DNA of 124,000 nucleotides from Octopus vulgaris (Eukaryota): the NCBI GenBank assembly GCA_951406725.2, contig OX597817.1:117820001-117944000 (forward strand), read 5' to 3'. Below are positions 74,525 to 88,232 of this stretch, in pieces (positions within the stretch are counted from its first letter, which is position 1; each line of letters begins with the position of its first letter). A program made the position numbers and the translations under genes. A model generated the notes under the pieces. It was not told the origin of the DNA, did no database searches, and worked only from the letters and a program-made list of their open reading frames with translations.

Positions 74525-74760
74525 GCGCACCTTCGTTTTGTGATCACCAGTACTTTATTATCTTCCTTTCTTCCTAGCTCTCCTGTCTAACTTCTTACGT
74601 CCAACCAGTCGCCATGATTGACCGCTAAGTCCAACATATTTTTTATTACTGTCTGTTTATTTCCCCGTGTTCCTTTCTGTTGAAGAGTGTAGGCTCGAAA
74701 AGCAAAATACTTGCACACCTTCCCGGGCGTCAAACCAACACTTGCTGTTTATACTCCTCT
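74525..74760 (+). mobile_element. PLE pLTR fragment (CUGUUGA family)
   Basis: Similar to 1-230 (cttcctagctctcct...cctttctgttgaagag..ggctcgaaa). Confidence 0.7.
74673..74706 (+). ncRNA. Hammerhead-like motif (CUGUUGA core), decayed
   Basis: CUUU-CUGUUGA-A-GAGU(GUAG)GCUC-GAAA. Confidence 0.45.
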
Positions 74761-77700
74761 CTTTGTCCTTACCAAATAGAGAACACTTTCAATGTTGTCC
74801 CAATCTTAAACAGCTCAGATGTTCCCTGGTGATCAGTTTTCTCTCAAAGCACTTCCTTCAAAACTTCGAGAACTACATCCTGCCTTATCAGCAAACACAC
74901 ACACACACATATACACACACACATGCACTGAACAGATAAAGGACACTGAGTTCCTCCTTTTTCATAACCACCCATCATATATACGCTGTATGTGCATCAG
75001 AAAATATATGTTTAGGGACATGACAACTTTGATTCTTTTAACAACAATAAATGAATAAATAAATAAATAAATAAAATTCTCTTCGAATCAAGAAAATACC
75101 AGTGCACCACACATCTCCTAACTGTTAATAACATTCTTCTAGAGCTCCAATACCTGTGTCTCGTTATTACCGAGGATATCTCATGGTTAAAGCTCATCCT
75201 TAGCTTAGCTATCACTTCATCCCAAATACAATCACTCAGTTTATGCAATAGAAGATATTTCCCCATGAAAGAGTTGCTGATACTCAAGTTTCAAGTGAAA
75301 TGTATTACGTATTACTACAGCCACATTCTACATTCTATAAAAACAAATTGCTTTGAATCAAAAGAAGAGCCATCCAAGTAACTGCTACTAAATCATACGC
75401 ATAGACCTGACATTTAAAAAATATTCGTTATATGCGAATTAAAATATTGATAATTTGTACTAAAAATTCTATTGACATGTGTTGCTCTCTTTAATGCAGT
75501 TATTTGGTGGAAATTAAAAGGAGCACAGAAAGGAGCATGTATGGGATATACATGAGGAGTAAAAAGTAAAACACATCATAGAAAACTACGTACACACTAA
75601 GCGATAACGCCAGTAATAATAAACATAGGCACTTGTTAAATATCACTTCTTTTTCGTTAGACAATTTGTTAAATATCAAATGCGCTGTTTAATATGCTGG
75701 TTAAGCAAAGAGTTATTACAACCATATCTCTCCAATACACACGCGCGCACATATGCATACACAAACATACACACACACAGAGCAAATAAGCAAAATTGAA
75801 TTCATACCCCTCCCTAATCATCCATCATACACATGCTAAGGCCTACAAATATTAAAACAATACGTTAGGAACAATGAAATAGTGTTCTTTCCTACAGACA
75901 AATCCTATAGAATGCCTGTAGACAGCCTGTAGAGCTACGTCCATACACAACAACAGCACACCAATAACATGAAAGACGTTGCAGTACAAGAACATGATAA
76001 TGTAGGCAAATATCTCAATGCACACAGGGGAATGTGGTGCAACGTGCTCCAACATAAAAATGGACCACACGAAATTTCCAAACACCTAACAACGGTGTTT
76101 CTACACTATATGATTTACGTGCTCCCGATCTCGAACGGCATGAGGAGCTAATAGTTGCAGCAACTATAGAAATTCCTACTCCTCGCAAGATCTGCGTGCT
76201 CCTCAGTAGAGACAATGAGTGTGGCCGTTCCGACCACCTCACAGGCTGTATAGTAGGTAGTATAGAAAGGGTATAATTCTTATCGTCTCTTGACATTGAT
76301 TACGATGCGGAAAAATCTGTATCACTGAAGTAGAGTTCTCATAAGTAAAAGCAGGAGAACACAGTTTTCTCCTTAGATTAACCTATGGCAGTGGTTACGC
76401 GGATAGTCATGACCTTATTAGTTTCCGCCCCACCTGGTCAGAACGAAGAAGACCACTCATCGTTACATTGGTAGTGAAGAAGGGCTCCACAGACGGTGGA
76501 GAGGCTTGTCTATATCCACCCAGGATCCAGAGAGTTACAATCAGGTGAGAAATATGATAGCTGGCTGCACATGCAATAGCAGCTAGCATAAAAATAAAAC
76601 CGTTTGAAGAGCCATATAGTAAAGTTCAGTAAGAAACTCTATATGCAGGTTTAAGGGCAGCCTTCAGTGTTGGTGTGACTTGGACGTGGCCGGCCTCTTT
76701 ATAACCTGGTAGGACAAAACACTTAAGCAATCCACAGATGAATAATGTGTAGCAATAATACTAATTCTAGATAAATAGATGATATCGACATTCTACTTAG
76801 GACAATCCCATGTGCTCATACTTAGGAAGCCGAGTGGTGTACAATGAAGAGAATCCAGCGCATAGAGAACTATGCCCACCTGAGTATCAAGGTAACTGTA
76901 AAATACCCCGCAAGGCCCCCTAACAATAAATTCCTTGTCCTTGATACTGAACCGTAGTTAGAGCCTACAAACAAGATTCAACTCACCCACTCCTATTATA
77001 TGAAATCTATAGTTTCCAAATATGGTATTTGTAAGAAATTAGCTTTATCAAACAAGATAACGATAAGAAATAATTATAGCGGATTTATTAGGTTAATAAA
77101 CCTGTCCCTACGCATACATGCGCACGCACATGAACACACAGGCTAGTAGACACACGAACGCGGGAATATAGAAAAGCACAAGAATACACGCATAAATATA
77201 TACATGCATAGACACACACATATATACATACATACGCACTCACACGGATGCAGGAATGTGCACACATGCACGCAATAACACACACATATGTAATATGTAC
77301 GCTGGCAATCACCCCCACCCCACATACACCTATCAATTTCTACACAAGTATAGGCAACAAAGTGTCAGACGGGCAACCAGGGCCTGCGTAATAAACTGGG
77401 AGAGAACTAACTGAAAATGTTAAGAGTGGCAACGATAGAAATTTGACGTGCATAAATAAAACAAACGATTACCTGTTTCACAAACAAACGATCAATTAGT
77501 TAGTTGCAATAATTTTAAACCAATTAACTAATAATAGGGTCATGGAATTGAACCAGTGCATGCGTTATGAATATTGACATAGTGACTCTCCCTAGACAGA
77601 ACAAAATTAGTTTCAACACACGCCTTCCATGAAGAATCTTACAAACCAAATGCAAATCGAAATGATTTATGAATCCCCACCGTATTGCAGCATTTGTTTT

Positions 77701-78299
77701 GGAGCATCTACAGTGACAATGGCATTTAGCTTTCCATCCATGTGGATCCGTATTTGAACAATCTATTTATTTTCATTGAAAATTGCAGCTTGTCATATAT
77801 CTGCTTCCTAAAATTATAGTTTAATGCTCAGAGGCTGTATGAAGAACACTTTCTTATTTTCAGGAACAGCTGGAAACGGAGACAGTAATATGTAACTGTA
77901 TATATAAACTGATTTGATAGCGAATTTCGTTTCAGTTTTCAAAATTTTGATTCCTTTTCTCAAGTTCTGTGCATTGTTTCCTTGTTTAATCTCGCTGAGA
78001 TCTTGTCACTTTTCTTGCAGCAAACTTCCACAAATAAACAATTCAACACTTTTCTGAAAATGAATGGTGACTTACTGTAAAGAAATCAATACTTAAGCTG
78101 TCTTTAGAAAGAATAATGCTTGAAGGTGATGCTCTGGAGTATTTAGGTCAGAAAATAGAATAGGTATATATATATGTGTGTAGGTGTGTGTGGGTGCGTT
78201 AGTGTGTGTTCGTGTATACAAACATTATATATATATGTGTGTGTGTATGTATGTATATAAGCCCTTCCTTAAATCCTTAAATGTCTATATGATCAGTAT

Positions 78300-79930
78300 T
78301 AGATATTACCCAACCTACACATCCTCGTAGAACAAAACAAAGAATATTTACGTAACAAACATTCTCACACACTCAAGAATCCTTACTAGCACCATCACCA
78401 ACACATACAAGAAAACCCATTAATCTACATGAAATGGCATAAACACAGAAGCAAAGGAACTAGCTACCTACCTTAATATACGTCCTGTACTACACTTAAG
78501 GAAATTATTCCAATTTCCTCTCTAACCTCGAATGCTGACTGAACAACCCCTTCAAAAGTGAGATAGACATCATTAGCAAATATATTCTCTATACTATCGA
78601 CTTCGACGTCAGAAGGACTACAGAGTTGACTCAATAGAATTTCAGCGCAGTTGTGATCGACTGATTCTGCGGTATCGCGGATAAATCTGCTTGATGATTC
78701 ACCTAGTGCGACATTTTTGACTTCTACTCTTTCATATCTAAGTCCTTCCTGCTGAAGGACCTAACTTTTGCTGAGCAATTCACCAGCATAAGTAGTATTG
78801 ATATCAGAAACATCCTAAATGCCAAAAAGTTAACTCTGGTGCATGGCAATTCCTTCTGGGTGAAGACGGTAGGTGATCCATTATTTGATGTCTCTATAAG
78901 AGACTTTGACTGGGGGTTATCGATTTTGGATGCTCTCCAAAAGAGACGTAGCCATACACATAAATCGGCCCTCTTTAGGAAAGACAGTCTGGCTGTCTCA
79001 GCGATATGATCGGCTACACCATGAGCATGTTGAGGAAGGACTTGATAAAATTGTTTTCAGAGTACGTTCGGTTTCACGGATGTAACATTAGACCTGGACA
79101 CGGACAAATATTAACCCTAGAGAAAGCCTAACAAGGAAAGGGTATATATCTACAAGAGCTCAATCCACCCAGCGCTGTAATTAGAAATCTGTTTTCAGAC
79201 ATTATAAAGCGGATGTCTAAACTCTCGACCAACAGGGAGGTCTCTAATAGGGCCGCACCCCACTACGATAGTGCTTTGGCTAGAAGCGGGTTTAGTGAGA
79301 AGCTCACGTATGTGGACGATCCCTAAGTACCCTCTTCTCACCACAAGAGGATACAGAGAAAGAAAACTATCTGGTTTAGTCCTACCTCAACCCCCTAAGA
79401 ATGTCAAGGTGGGCTACTCCTGCTTAGACAACATTGTATCTAACATCACACGCACCAACAGATGGAAAAATGCACCTGCACAACCACAAACTCAGTCTGC
79501 AACTTCCGAAACCTCAGCAATTGCCCTCTAGAAAGATCCTGCTTCTCAAGGGCCGTTGTATACAGAGCCACTCTCTTACACCCTCCGATGGAATCACTAG
79601 GAACTATAAGGGTATGATGGCCAATGATTACATAGGAAGATACTCACAGCGCATACACTCGTCCAGATCCAGAGACAGACAGTACTCTATTTCCCTGTCT
79701 GAGTTTCTCAGGAGACTCCGTGATCTCCGAGACGAAACATCCAGCATCAACTGGACTATTGTCGACAGGGAACCACCGTATTCACCTGGCGCCCCTAATT
79801 GCCGGCTCTGCCCCCGCAAAAGACTGCACATTCTCTACCAGCCCACAGTATTCATGAACAGGAAATATGAACTATCCTATTGCTGTCACCAGGTGTATGC
79901 ATTTCTGGTAAATTTCAAGCGAATGTCCGC
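78300..79930 (+). mobile_element. Decayed Penelope-like element of a distinct lineage (resembles the Hydra-type PLE clade)
   Basis: Broken-frame RT remnants around 78.5-78.75 kb. ORF 79434-79955 has RNYKG, YSISLSEF, INWTI, PYSPGAPNCRLC and FMNRKYEL, typical of a C-terminal GIY-YIG domain. Clade assignment is from recalled motif style only. Confidence 0.65.
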
Positions 79931-80076
79931 CGACATTCCGGATATACCACATTAGTACCAGCTAATGTACACCCTGAAATTCGGAGTAGAAAGGAATTTG
80001 AAAGTTATTGTTTTGTTACACACACACACACAAACATACACATTCACACACACACATACATACACACACATATACG

Positions 80077-80107
<31 letters not shown>

Positions 80108-80119
80108 ATATATCTGAGT

Positions 80120-80345
80120 AAATGATTTTATAAGTATAATTATAAAACTATATCAAGGGCAATCAGCAGCGAGTATTTCTACAGGCCGAGCCAAACGTGG
80201 GGCTCGACCTGTAGAAATACTCGCTAGTTGCCCTTAATGTAGTTTTTAAAATTATATTTATAAACTTATGTAAGCAATTATTTTTACCTAATCTAGTCAT
80301 CACACGCTAACTAACTGTTAACTCGTATACAGATATTATCCTTAA
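80120..80345. repeat. Hairpin junction plus a terminus duplicated at 80780-80975
   Basis: AGCGAGTATTTCTACAGG(C)CGAGCC-loop-GGCTCG(A)CCTGTAGAAATACTCGCT. CCTGTAGAAATACT..TAGTTGCCCTTAAT recurs at about 80783. Confidence 0.75.
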
Positions 80346-80816
80346 TCATATTTAATATATATACTTTCACCTAGAGCAAAAGTATTTGGTTATTCACACG
80401 TAGCTGAGTTAAACGAACTAGATTTTAAAATTTTAATTTGTGTTTAAATTTGAACAGTTGTATATGCACTGTGGATATATTGTTTTCGTGTGGTATGTAT
80501 AATTGTTTATAATTATCGTAAATATGAGGACAATAATTCAAAATAATTTACCATTGGGTCGCATGCATAAATAAAATTCATAAGACATAATAAATATATA
80601 CAAGTGGTTGTGTTTTGCTGAGGAAGGAAAACAGATATTGGTCCGTAAACCTGAAATCAATTGATATGTAACTGTACCTCTTAAAAAATCTTTTCGTTTA
80701 TTCCCCCGCTTTCAGAGCGTATTTATATGATACTTAAGGTACTTCGGCACCATTTGGAGTCTTCCTATAGCGTTTAAGTTGGCCTGTAGAAATACTAATT
80801 AGTTGCCCTTAATATA

Positions 80817-80894
<78 letters not shown>

Positions 80895-80989
80895 ATTATG
80901 TACTCAACTTTTTACCGTAACTGGTTATTACACGCTAATTACCTGATAAAATATTATATAGATTTTATCCTTCCCCTTCACTCTAATTA

Positions 80990-82613
80990 ATATATATATA
81001 GTTGAAATGTATAGTAAAATAAGACGAAGACAGATATATGAATAACAACAGGTGTAATAGTTTGAAGCACGGGAAAAATGAGAAAGTATTTCATATTTAG
81101 AGCATGCGCTCTTCAACAGAAAGGAATAAGAGGAAACAAGCGGAGTGAGAAGGAAAACCACGTGCAGTATTCAGTGGTCCAGCTTGGCGTATGATTAGAA
81201 TAAAATCGGTTGAAAGAAAGGGAAATAATAATAAAAACTGAGATTGAATGAAAGGGAGATAATAATAGTGCTAGTGATTCCAACAAGAGTAGGTGCATGT
81301 GCGTGTGAGTGTATGTGAGAATGATGTGTGTGAATAAGAGCGAGTGACTCTGATGTGCGTGAGTGTGTGTGCGCGTAGCGTAACATGTGTGTGAGTGTAT
81401 GTGTGTTGTGTGTAGTAGTTGATGTGTGCATTTTACATGTGGTGTCTGCACATGTGCGTGTATGTGTTTGTAATGAAACTGTGCATGTGTATGGTATCTT
81501 ATAAGGGTGAAACTTATGTTTATCGATGTATGCGTGTTGCGTGAGCATGTATATATTGTCTCTGTTCCGCTGTTATGCGCTTGTGTGGATGTGGGAGTAT
81601 ATATTGTCTGTGTTCAGGTATTATGTGTTTGTTTGGATATGGGCGTATGCATGATGGCGCGTACTGTGTTTACTGAGTTAAACAGTGTGCGTGGCTGCTC
81701 ATATAGTGGTATGTGTGATGACGATATTTAAGGTGTGTTGGTATGTAGATGATGGCGTGTGGTGTGGGCGCTGAGACGTGGTCAGTGCTAATAAGTGTAG
81801 AGTAGTGTGGGGTTGGTTCAAATAAGGAAAGCAGGTGAGGTTAGTGTCAGATTAAGAGAGGAGTTTAGTTGAGCCCCTATAGCACAAAGGAGCGAAGAGA
81901 GAAGATTAATCCCTTTTCACGGGGAAGGCGCGTGCCCGGGTGGTCTCTGTGCAAAGATAATCCGAACATACACAGATGTTGTAGCGAATGACCGGTACAG
82001 TAGAAATGGTACGAGACCGGGGTGTCATTGCCGAGCCTGATGTCTCGGAGGTGCTCTGTGAATTGGTCAGCCACGAGGCATCCCGTTTAACCGATGTACA
82101 GGAGATGCAGTAAACGATATTACTAGATGTGTAGGTAAAGTCGATGATGTGATAGGGACGATAATCGGTGTCTGTAAGGATGGTGGTGTTGGAGAGGTCG
82201 AGGCTGGTGCGACAGCGTGGACGAAATCTGGGGAACGAATCAGGCTGGAAGGTGAGTTTAGGGAAGAAATTGTGGACCAGGGGGTCATGCAGGTTATGGG
82301 CACGTTTGAAGGAGCTAAGAGGTAGGTTGGAGAAGATATACGAGGTGGAGGCTCCGGACAGGAGCTGCATGAAGCCTCTCAGAAAGGTGCGAGGCATGGT
82401 GGAGTGGTGGTAGGAAAGTGGAAACGGGTGACGGGCAACGGGAGGGTGGCTGCGAGGGGAAAGAGCAGAGGTACAGTAGGAAAGAATGAGGAACATGTCG
82501 GAGCAGTGGTAGGTAAGTGGATGCAGGAGACGGGGAACGGCGGGGTGGGTGCGAAGAAAAAAAGGCAGAGACACGGTCCACATATCGTGCCCAGACAAAA
82601 GTATCAATTTCAT
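80990..82613 (-). mobile_element. Decayed Neptune-like PLE 3' part (GIY-YIG remnant, CA-rich UTR, pLTR with hammerhead-like motif)
   Basis: PLSSFKRAHNLHDPLVH, PRCRTS, SSNIVYCISC and FTEHLRDIRLGNDTPVSYHF in ORFs 81906-82613 and 81877-82074. Confidence 0.8.
81087..81124 (-). ncRNA. Hammerhead-like motif (CUGUUGA core), decayed
   Basis: CUUU-CUGUUGA-A-GAGC(GCAU)GCUC-UAAA. Confidence 0.4.
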
Positions 82614-84269
82614 ATATGAGTGTTTTAATGCATTTCAAATATTACGCGTACTGAGCATTGAAAAAGTTTGGACGAAATATTGTATGAATAAATATATGCA
82701 GAAATATATACGAAATACAGGTAAAATGTACATGAAGTGATCTTCGAACATCATTCGTGATGATTCACTCGTTTTTCTTCAGCATGTTCGATTGGACAAA
82801 ATCGTAATGATCATTAAGTAAAATTTATTGATGCAAAGGACACACACACAGATGTACATGTAAATATCTACATGCTTTTCAAAGCCATTGCACGAAGATA
82901 TAAAAAGAGTCGTAATTATGAATGTAGTTTCATGTTTCTCGGAATCTATATATCGCTTTCGGAAGGTATCTCCTCATTGTATTTATAAATCAATATAATA
83001 TTCGCAAACATAAATATGTAGAAATACTCCAAACATCCTAGATAGTAGAGTGTTTTATAATTCACGTACAAAAACGACCTATATAAATATACTCTTGAAA
83101 TATAAGTTCTCTTCAAAATTACTAGGCACTAAATGATAAATTCCAGTTGTAATCTATCTGATGCTTTAGATATGCTAATTTATTGTTTCTTTTCTTTATC
83201 AATTTTTAATAATAAACGAATTTACACTGTAAAGTTTGGCTTCACATGATCTTCTCTAAATATGTAAGCTTCTTCTTCAGCACTTCCTATCGTTCGACAT
83301 GAGTTCAGGAAGTTCATTTTATTTTATATATATATAGTTGGATTATTAGTTTAAAAGCATTTTTTTGGTATTTTTTAATTATATTCTTTCATTAGTATTT
83401 CATTTTCTCGATTTCGTGTAATTTAAATTGTTTTAAACATAGTTATTAAAATCTATTGTTTTGCCAACTTCTTTAAAGCTCTATACATTTAAATCAAATT
83501 TCGATTTGCTCATTAGATCTATGTTATTATCATTATATTCCCTTTTATCTTTTCCCTGTTACGGATCCAAATCTACATTATTCTTTGTTTAATATTTATT
83601 ATTGTTTCGAGAAGTGAGGAGTAGTTAGGAAAAAAATATTCGATTTCAGCGCTCTGAAATACCGCAAATATTGATGTAACTAAAATATTTGATTTTATTC
83701 TTGTATTTATTTATTTAAAGTTTTATCATTTTATGTATAACATAGTACGTCTGGCTTTCTTTTAAATTGGAAATCGATTTTTCTGTCTAAAACAGCAGTG
83801 TTTGTTATGCTGATTTTGATTCATCCACGATGACTTTTATCTTCACTTACAGACTGAAGTAGTATAGTTCCTGCAGATGCAGATGCAGATGGAGTTTACA
83901 TGTCAATTTCACTTCAAATCAATGTTAATAATAAGCTTTATGCTCATACAAGATTAGTAAATATATTCTTTTTTTATAGCATTAATCACAAAAATTATTG
84001 AAAACAATACATTTTTGTAAGGAATCTGGTTGGGATGAAAACTCAATTTACAGATTGAGCTAATGTTTTTTTTATAAGTAATCCATCATATAGCAGTTAA
84101 AGGAACAATACTACCTTAAATGTTAACAAATAAGATACTTAACAATGTTCACGAAATAAATTACATTTTTGATATTAACTTATACTGATAAATACCTTAA
84201 TTGTTTAACTATGCAATTTTAATCAAATATTATTCGCCCCTAGCTAGACGCGTCACATTACATATATTG

Positions 84270-84560
84270 TATTTATTATATGAAGACGAGTGGCTTACTG
84301 TTTAGGAGTATTTGGCTCATGATAGTAAGGTCGTGAGTTCGATTCCCAGATGTTATTCTAATCATCTCAGCTGACATCACTCAGTTGTACCTGTAATTCA
84401 CAGGACCATTCTCATCGCATTGTGCGTCACGCTGAATCTCCCCCGAGGACTATGATAATAGTTTGTTTGTTTGACACTCAGTAACTTGAACGTTAATTTC
84501 AGTAGCAGGTCGTTACGTTAATTGGGACAAACTGAACACTAGTCGTCATGACCGACAATG
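84270..84560 (+). mobile_element. tRNA-derived SINE, second family
   Basis: GTGGCTT...GGCTCATGATAGTAAGGTCGTGAGTTCGATTCCC head. Confidence 0.7.
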
Positions 84561-84758
84561 TGCCATTCATTTGATATACGATTTCGTATTTAGCTGTTAC
84601 GAGAAACTGTGTCGAACATAGTCAATGATTATATAAGAACCTGCATTTTATTCTGCTATGTAGCAGATTGAGATATGAATGCAATATATCTTTTGTATAA
84701 TCCATAGAACCTTGTCCAGAATTTGGACAATACCTCCAATAATGGCATTACACATAAG

Positions 84759-85262
84759 TCTATTATATAAAATCCGTTCTGTCTGTCTGTGTGCGTGTCT
84801 TCTAAGATCTCGGGCATCCTCCATCCGATTGTGCTCAAATTTGATATGTACATACTGACGGTATCAGGGCGTGTATAAGTCTTGCGAAAATTACAAAAAT
84901 CGATTTCAGGTGAGAATGTGATCAATAAAGCCGCGGAAACGTGCATTTGTACGCGCAAGTGCATCAGCTGTTGCGATCGATACTACGCGTATTCGAGAAA
85001 AATGCACGTGCAGTTTGCGCAAAAAAGCCAGCTGGCTTGAAGTAATGCCACAAAATGCAGTATATTTAAGACACCAAAAAAAAGAAAGATGCAAAAGAGA
85101 TATTTTCTTCAGACTTAGCATGAAGGAAGGAAGTCTATCTTTACTTATTCTTTTGCTGGTGTCTCAAATTTAGGTCAAATCAGTGCTTCTCAAAGGGGAG
85201 GCCTTTGGCTTAAATGTTTGACAACTCAGCACCGTTCGTTGGACGGAGGACGTTTTGCTCGT
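84759..85262 (+). mobile_element. Non-autonomous Helitron-like element
   Basis: 5' TCTATTATATAAAA start; 3' hairpin CCGTTC-GTT-GGACGG then CTCGT (CTAGT-like). Homologous to 27715-28152. Confidence 0.65.
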
Positions 85263-85814
85263 ACACATAAACTGAGACAGATATACACATATACAAATCA
85301 ATATAAGTGGTTTAATACAATGCAAATCCTTCTTTACATGTAACGTGGGATATAACTCGAAACACTTTAAGCATAAATATGCAAGCACTTACATACACAC
85401 ACACACACGCACAAACACAGACGCTCATGCATATAAACATACAAGCAAGTGCAAGTGTGCGTGTGTTTACGTGTGTGTGTGCGTGTGTGTATGGTGATAC
85501 GTGGATTAATTATTAAGGTTTTGCACTCATGATCGTAAGATTGTCATTTGGACTCCTGGGCTCAGGTGATGCATCTACTTTCTGAACAAAACTTTCAATA
85601 ATTCTTCGACGAATTGGTGTCCCATCCAATGGCAGAATATATAAGCCACGGGATCCAGGAAGCCTATGGCTCGGGAAGAGCTTTTGATCATTTTTGGATA
85701 CTTTATTTCACGTGCGCGGGCACACACAGACACACACACATACACACATACACACACATACACACACTCACTCACACACATACACACACACTCACATACA
85801 CGAACATCTATGCA

Positions 85815-85875
<61 letters not shown>

Positions 85876-86380
85876 TGAAAGAGACATATAGGCAAGGTTT
85901 TTATAATAATTGTTAAATGCAGGTATTCTCTTATTAGTTCCTGATTATAAGGATATTTTAGTATTATCTATTGAATTACTAGTGTAAGTTTACCATTAAA
86001 GCATGTAAGGTTAACAAATAATCAATACTAATTTAGTGTGTTAATTATTAACTTTCGGGTTATAAAATAGTGTAATTCACTCAGAATTAGTTACATTATT
86101 AGTTCAATAGAGTTTGTTTTTCTTTTGGAAAGACTAGAACATAAAAGCTTTTACTTTTACATTAATAAGTAAGGATGAATGGTAGGAATATTATCTGTAA
86201 GGACTTCAAGAGCTAGATTGCTTTATAATTAGATAATTTAGGAGTTAGTTATAGGTTTACTTAGTGAATTTATTTACTGATAGTGTGTTTGTACATAGGG
86301 TAATTGTGTTTCTTTGTTGTAATTTAATTAATAATGTTAGTGTTTAAGCCTTCCTAGAATTACGATTGAATGAATGTGGT

Positions 86381-86411
<31 letters not shown>

Positions 86412-87861
86412 GGTATGTTTGTTCCTTAACAGCACTTGTTTTAGTGCTGTTGACACCGCTGGATTGAAAGGTACTGTCCGGGTGTCGAAACTACAGTGAT
86501 ATCCCTCAGGCAGCTGGTGATGGAGGTTTGCTGGATTGTTGGTATGACTGTTATTGTAATTGCAGAATACTTTTATAAAACATCTATTTGATACATTCAC
86601 ACACATATAGGTAGACACATAGGTGGATATAGATAGATACGCATATATTTATATAAACATAAATACATTTATATTTTATGTATTTATATATGCATATACA
86701 TGAGAATATGTATACGTTTGTATATCTATATGTATGTGTGTGTATAGTGAGAAAGAAAGAGAGCGGGAGGGAGAGAGAGTAATCTAGACCTTGAGTAATA
86801 ACGGGTTATTAAACTACGTCAGATTGTTATAATACAGTAAACCCAAGTTCGAACGAGTTGCATGTAGATACATAAAGGCTTAAAAGAGATTATTTATGGA
86901 ATATTTCAGCATTAAAACAGATCATAAACTTCACTTACAGTTCGTATTTTCATTATGCTCAACATATATTTCATTAATGTAACAACCATAAAATGTATAA
87001 TCATAGAATTGCGATGCATATTTAATTTCCATTATGATAAATAAATTTAAGTCAAATCAGTTCATTTTAATTTTAATCATGTATCACAATTATGTTACAT
87101 TATGTTATTTTACCTTCAGAAAGAAATGATTAGAAGTGTGCCATTGTTCCGTTTTTGCAGTTGTAAGTTAATGTAGAATTGATTATAAATTAATGTAAAA
87201 TTGATTATAAATATAATCATTTCTACTGTAGGCAGAAGGCCTGAAATCTTTGGTTAGAGGCTAGATGATGACATGAATCCCAGTGATCGACTGTACCTTA
87301 TCTTATATTGACGATATAAGTAATGAAATCACCATTATACTTTCTTTCGTGCTAATTCTACGTTATGTTCATAGTTTATTCAGTACTACGTCTCGTCTTG
87401 TAAGGGCAAGTAACTTAGTGGTTACATTGCAGGAATCGCAATCATAAGTTCATAGACACGAGATTTGGACCGGGTGGCAGTTTCTGTGTTTGAGCAAGGT
87501 GCCCATTTCATGTTTAAATCTACTCAGCAGAAACTGCATAACGGCTGATTACTTGCGCAACCGATGTTATTTCTACTACGCGTGATGTACTCGACTCTAC
87601 CACTAAGTCAATACTGGGACTTCCAAGAATTTGCCAGTTTCTTCTCCCCACTATTTAGGTACCTGCAATATAAGCTGCAATATACATTATAAGATGCCAT
87701 AATAGTTTATGAGTGATAGTTCTGTTCTGTAATTAAATATCGCTTAGGGTTTGGGAATTATTAGCGAACACATAACATATGATATCTTCCGGATATATAT
87801 GTGTTATATGCACTTGAAAGTTCTAGTTATGGGTTTTGTACCCTTTGAATGTGCAGATATA

Positions 87862-88232
87862 TTCTACTTGTTTCAGTCATTAGACTGCGGACTTGCTGGG
87901 GCACCGCCCTCAATTTTTAGTCGAATGAATTAATCCCAGAACTTAGTTTCTAAACCTGGTATATATTTTATCGGTCTTTGCCGAACCGCTATGTAACGCG
88001 GACGCAAGCGTGCCAACATTGGTTGTAAAGCGGTGAGAGGGAATGAAACGAGCACAGACACAAAGACAGACAAACAGACACACACACAAACACAAACACA
88101 CACATATACGACGAATTTTTACCAAATCCACTCAAAATCGTGTGATAGACCCAAGGCTATAGAGTAAGATACTGGCCCAACGTGCTACCCGTTGGTATTG
88201 AACAAAGAAACATGTGACTGAGAAACACACTT
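87862..88232 (-). mobile_element. tRNA-derived SINE, diverged
   Basis: Same family tail (CTTGTTTCAGTCATT) and head remnants. Confidence 0.7.

Noticed and set aside
80614-80655. CUGAGGA...UCC-GUAA hammerhead-like string
   Set aside because: GAAA is broken and there is no stem III or cleavage triplet; too degenerate to call.
85930-86340. AT-rich tract that looked like a possible mitochondrial insertion
   Set aside because: No open frame or recognisable mitochondrial protein motif on manual translation.
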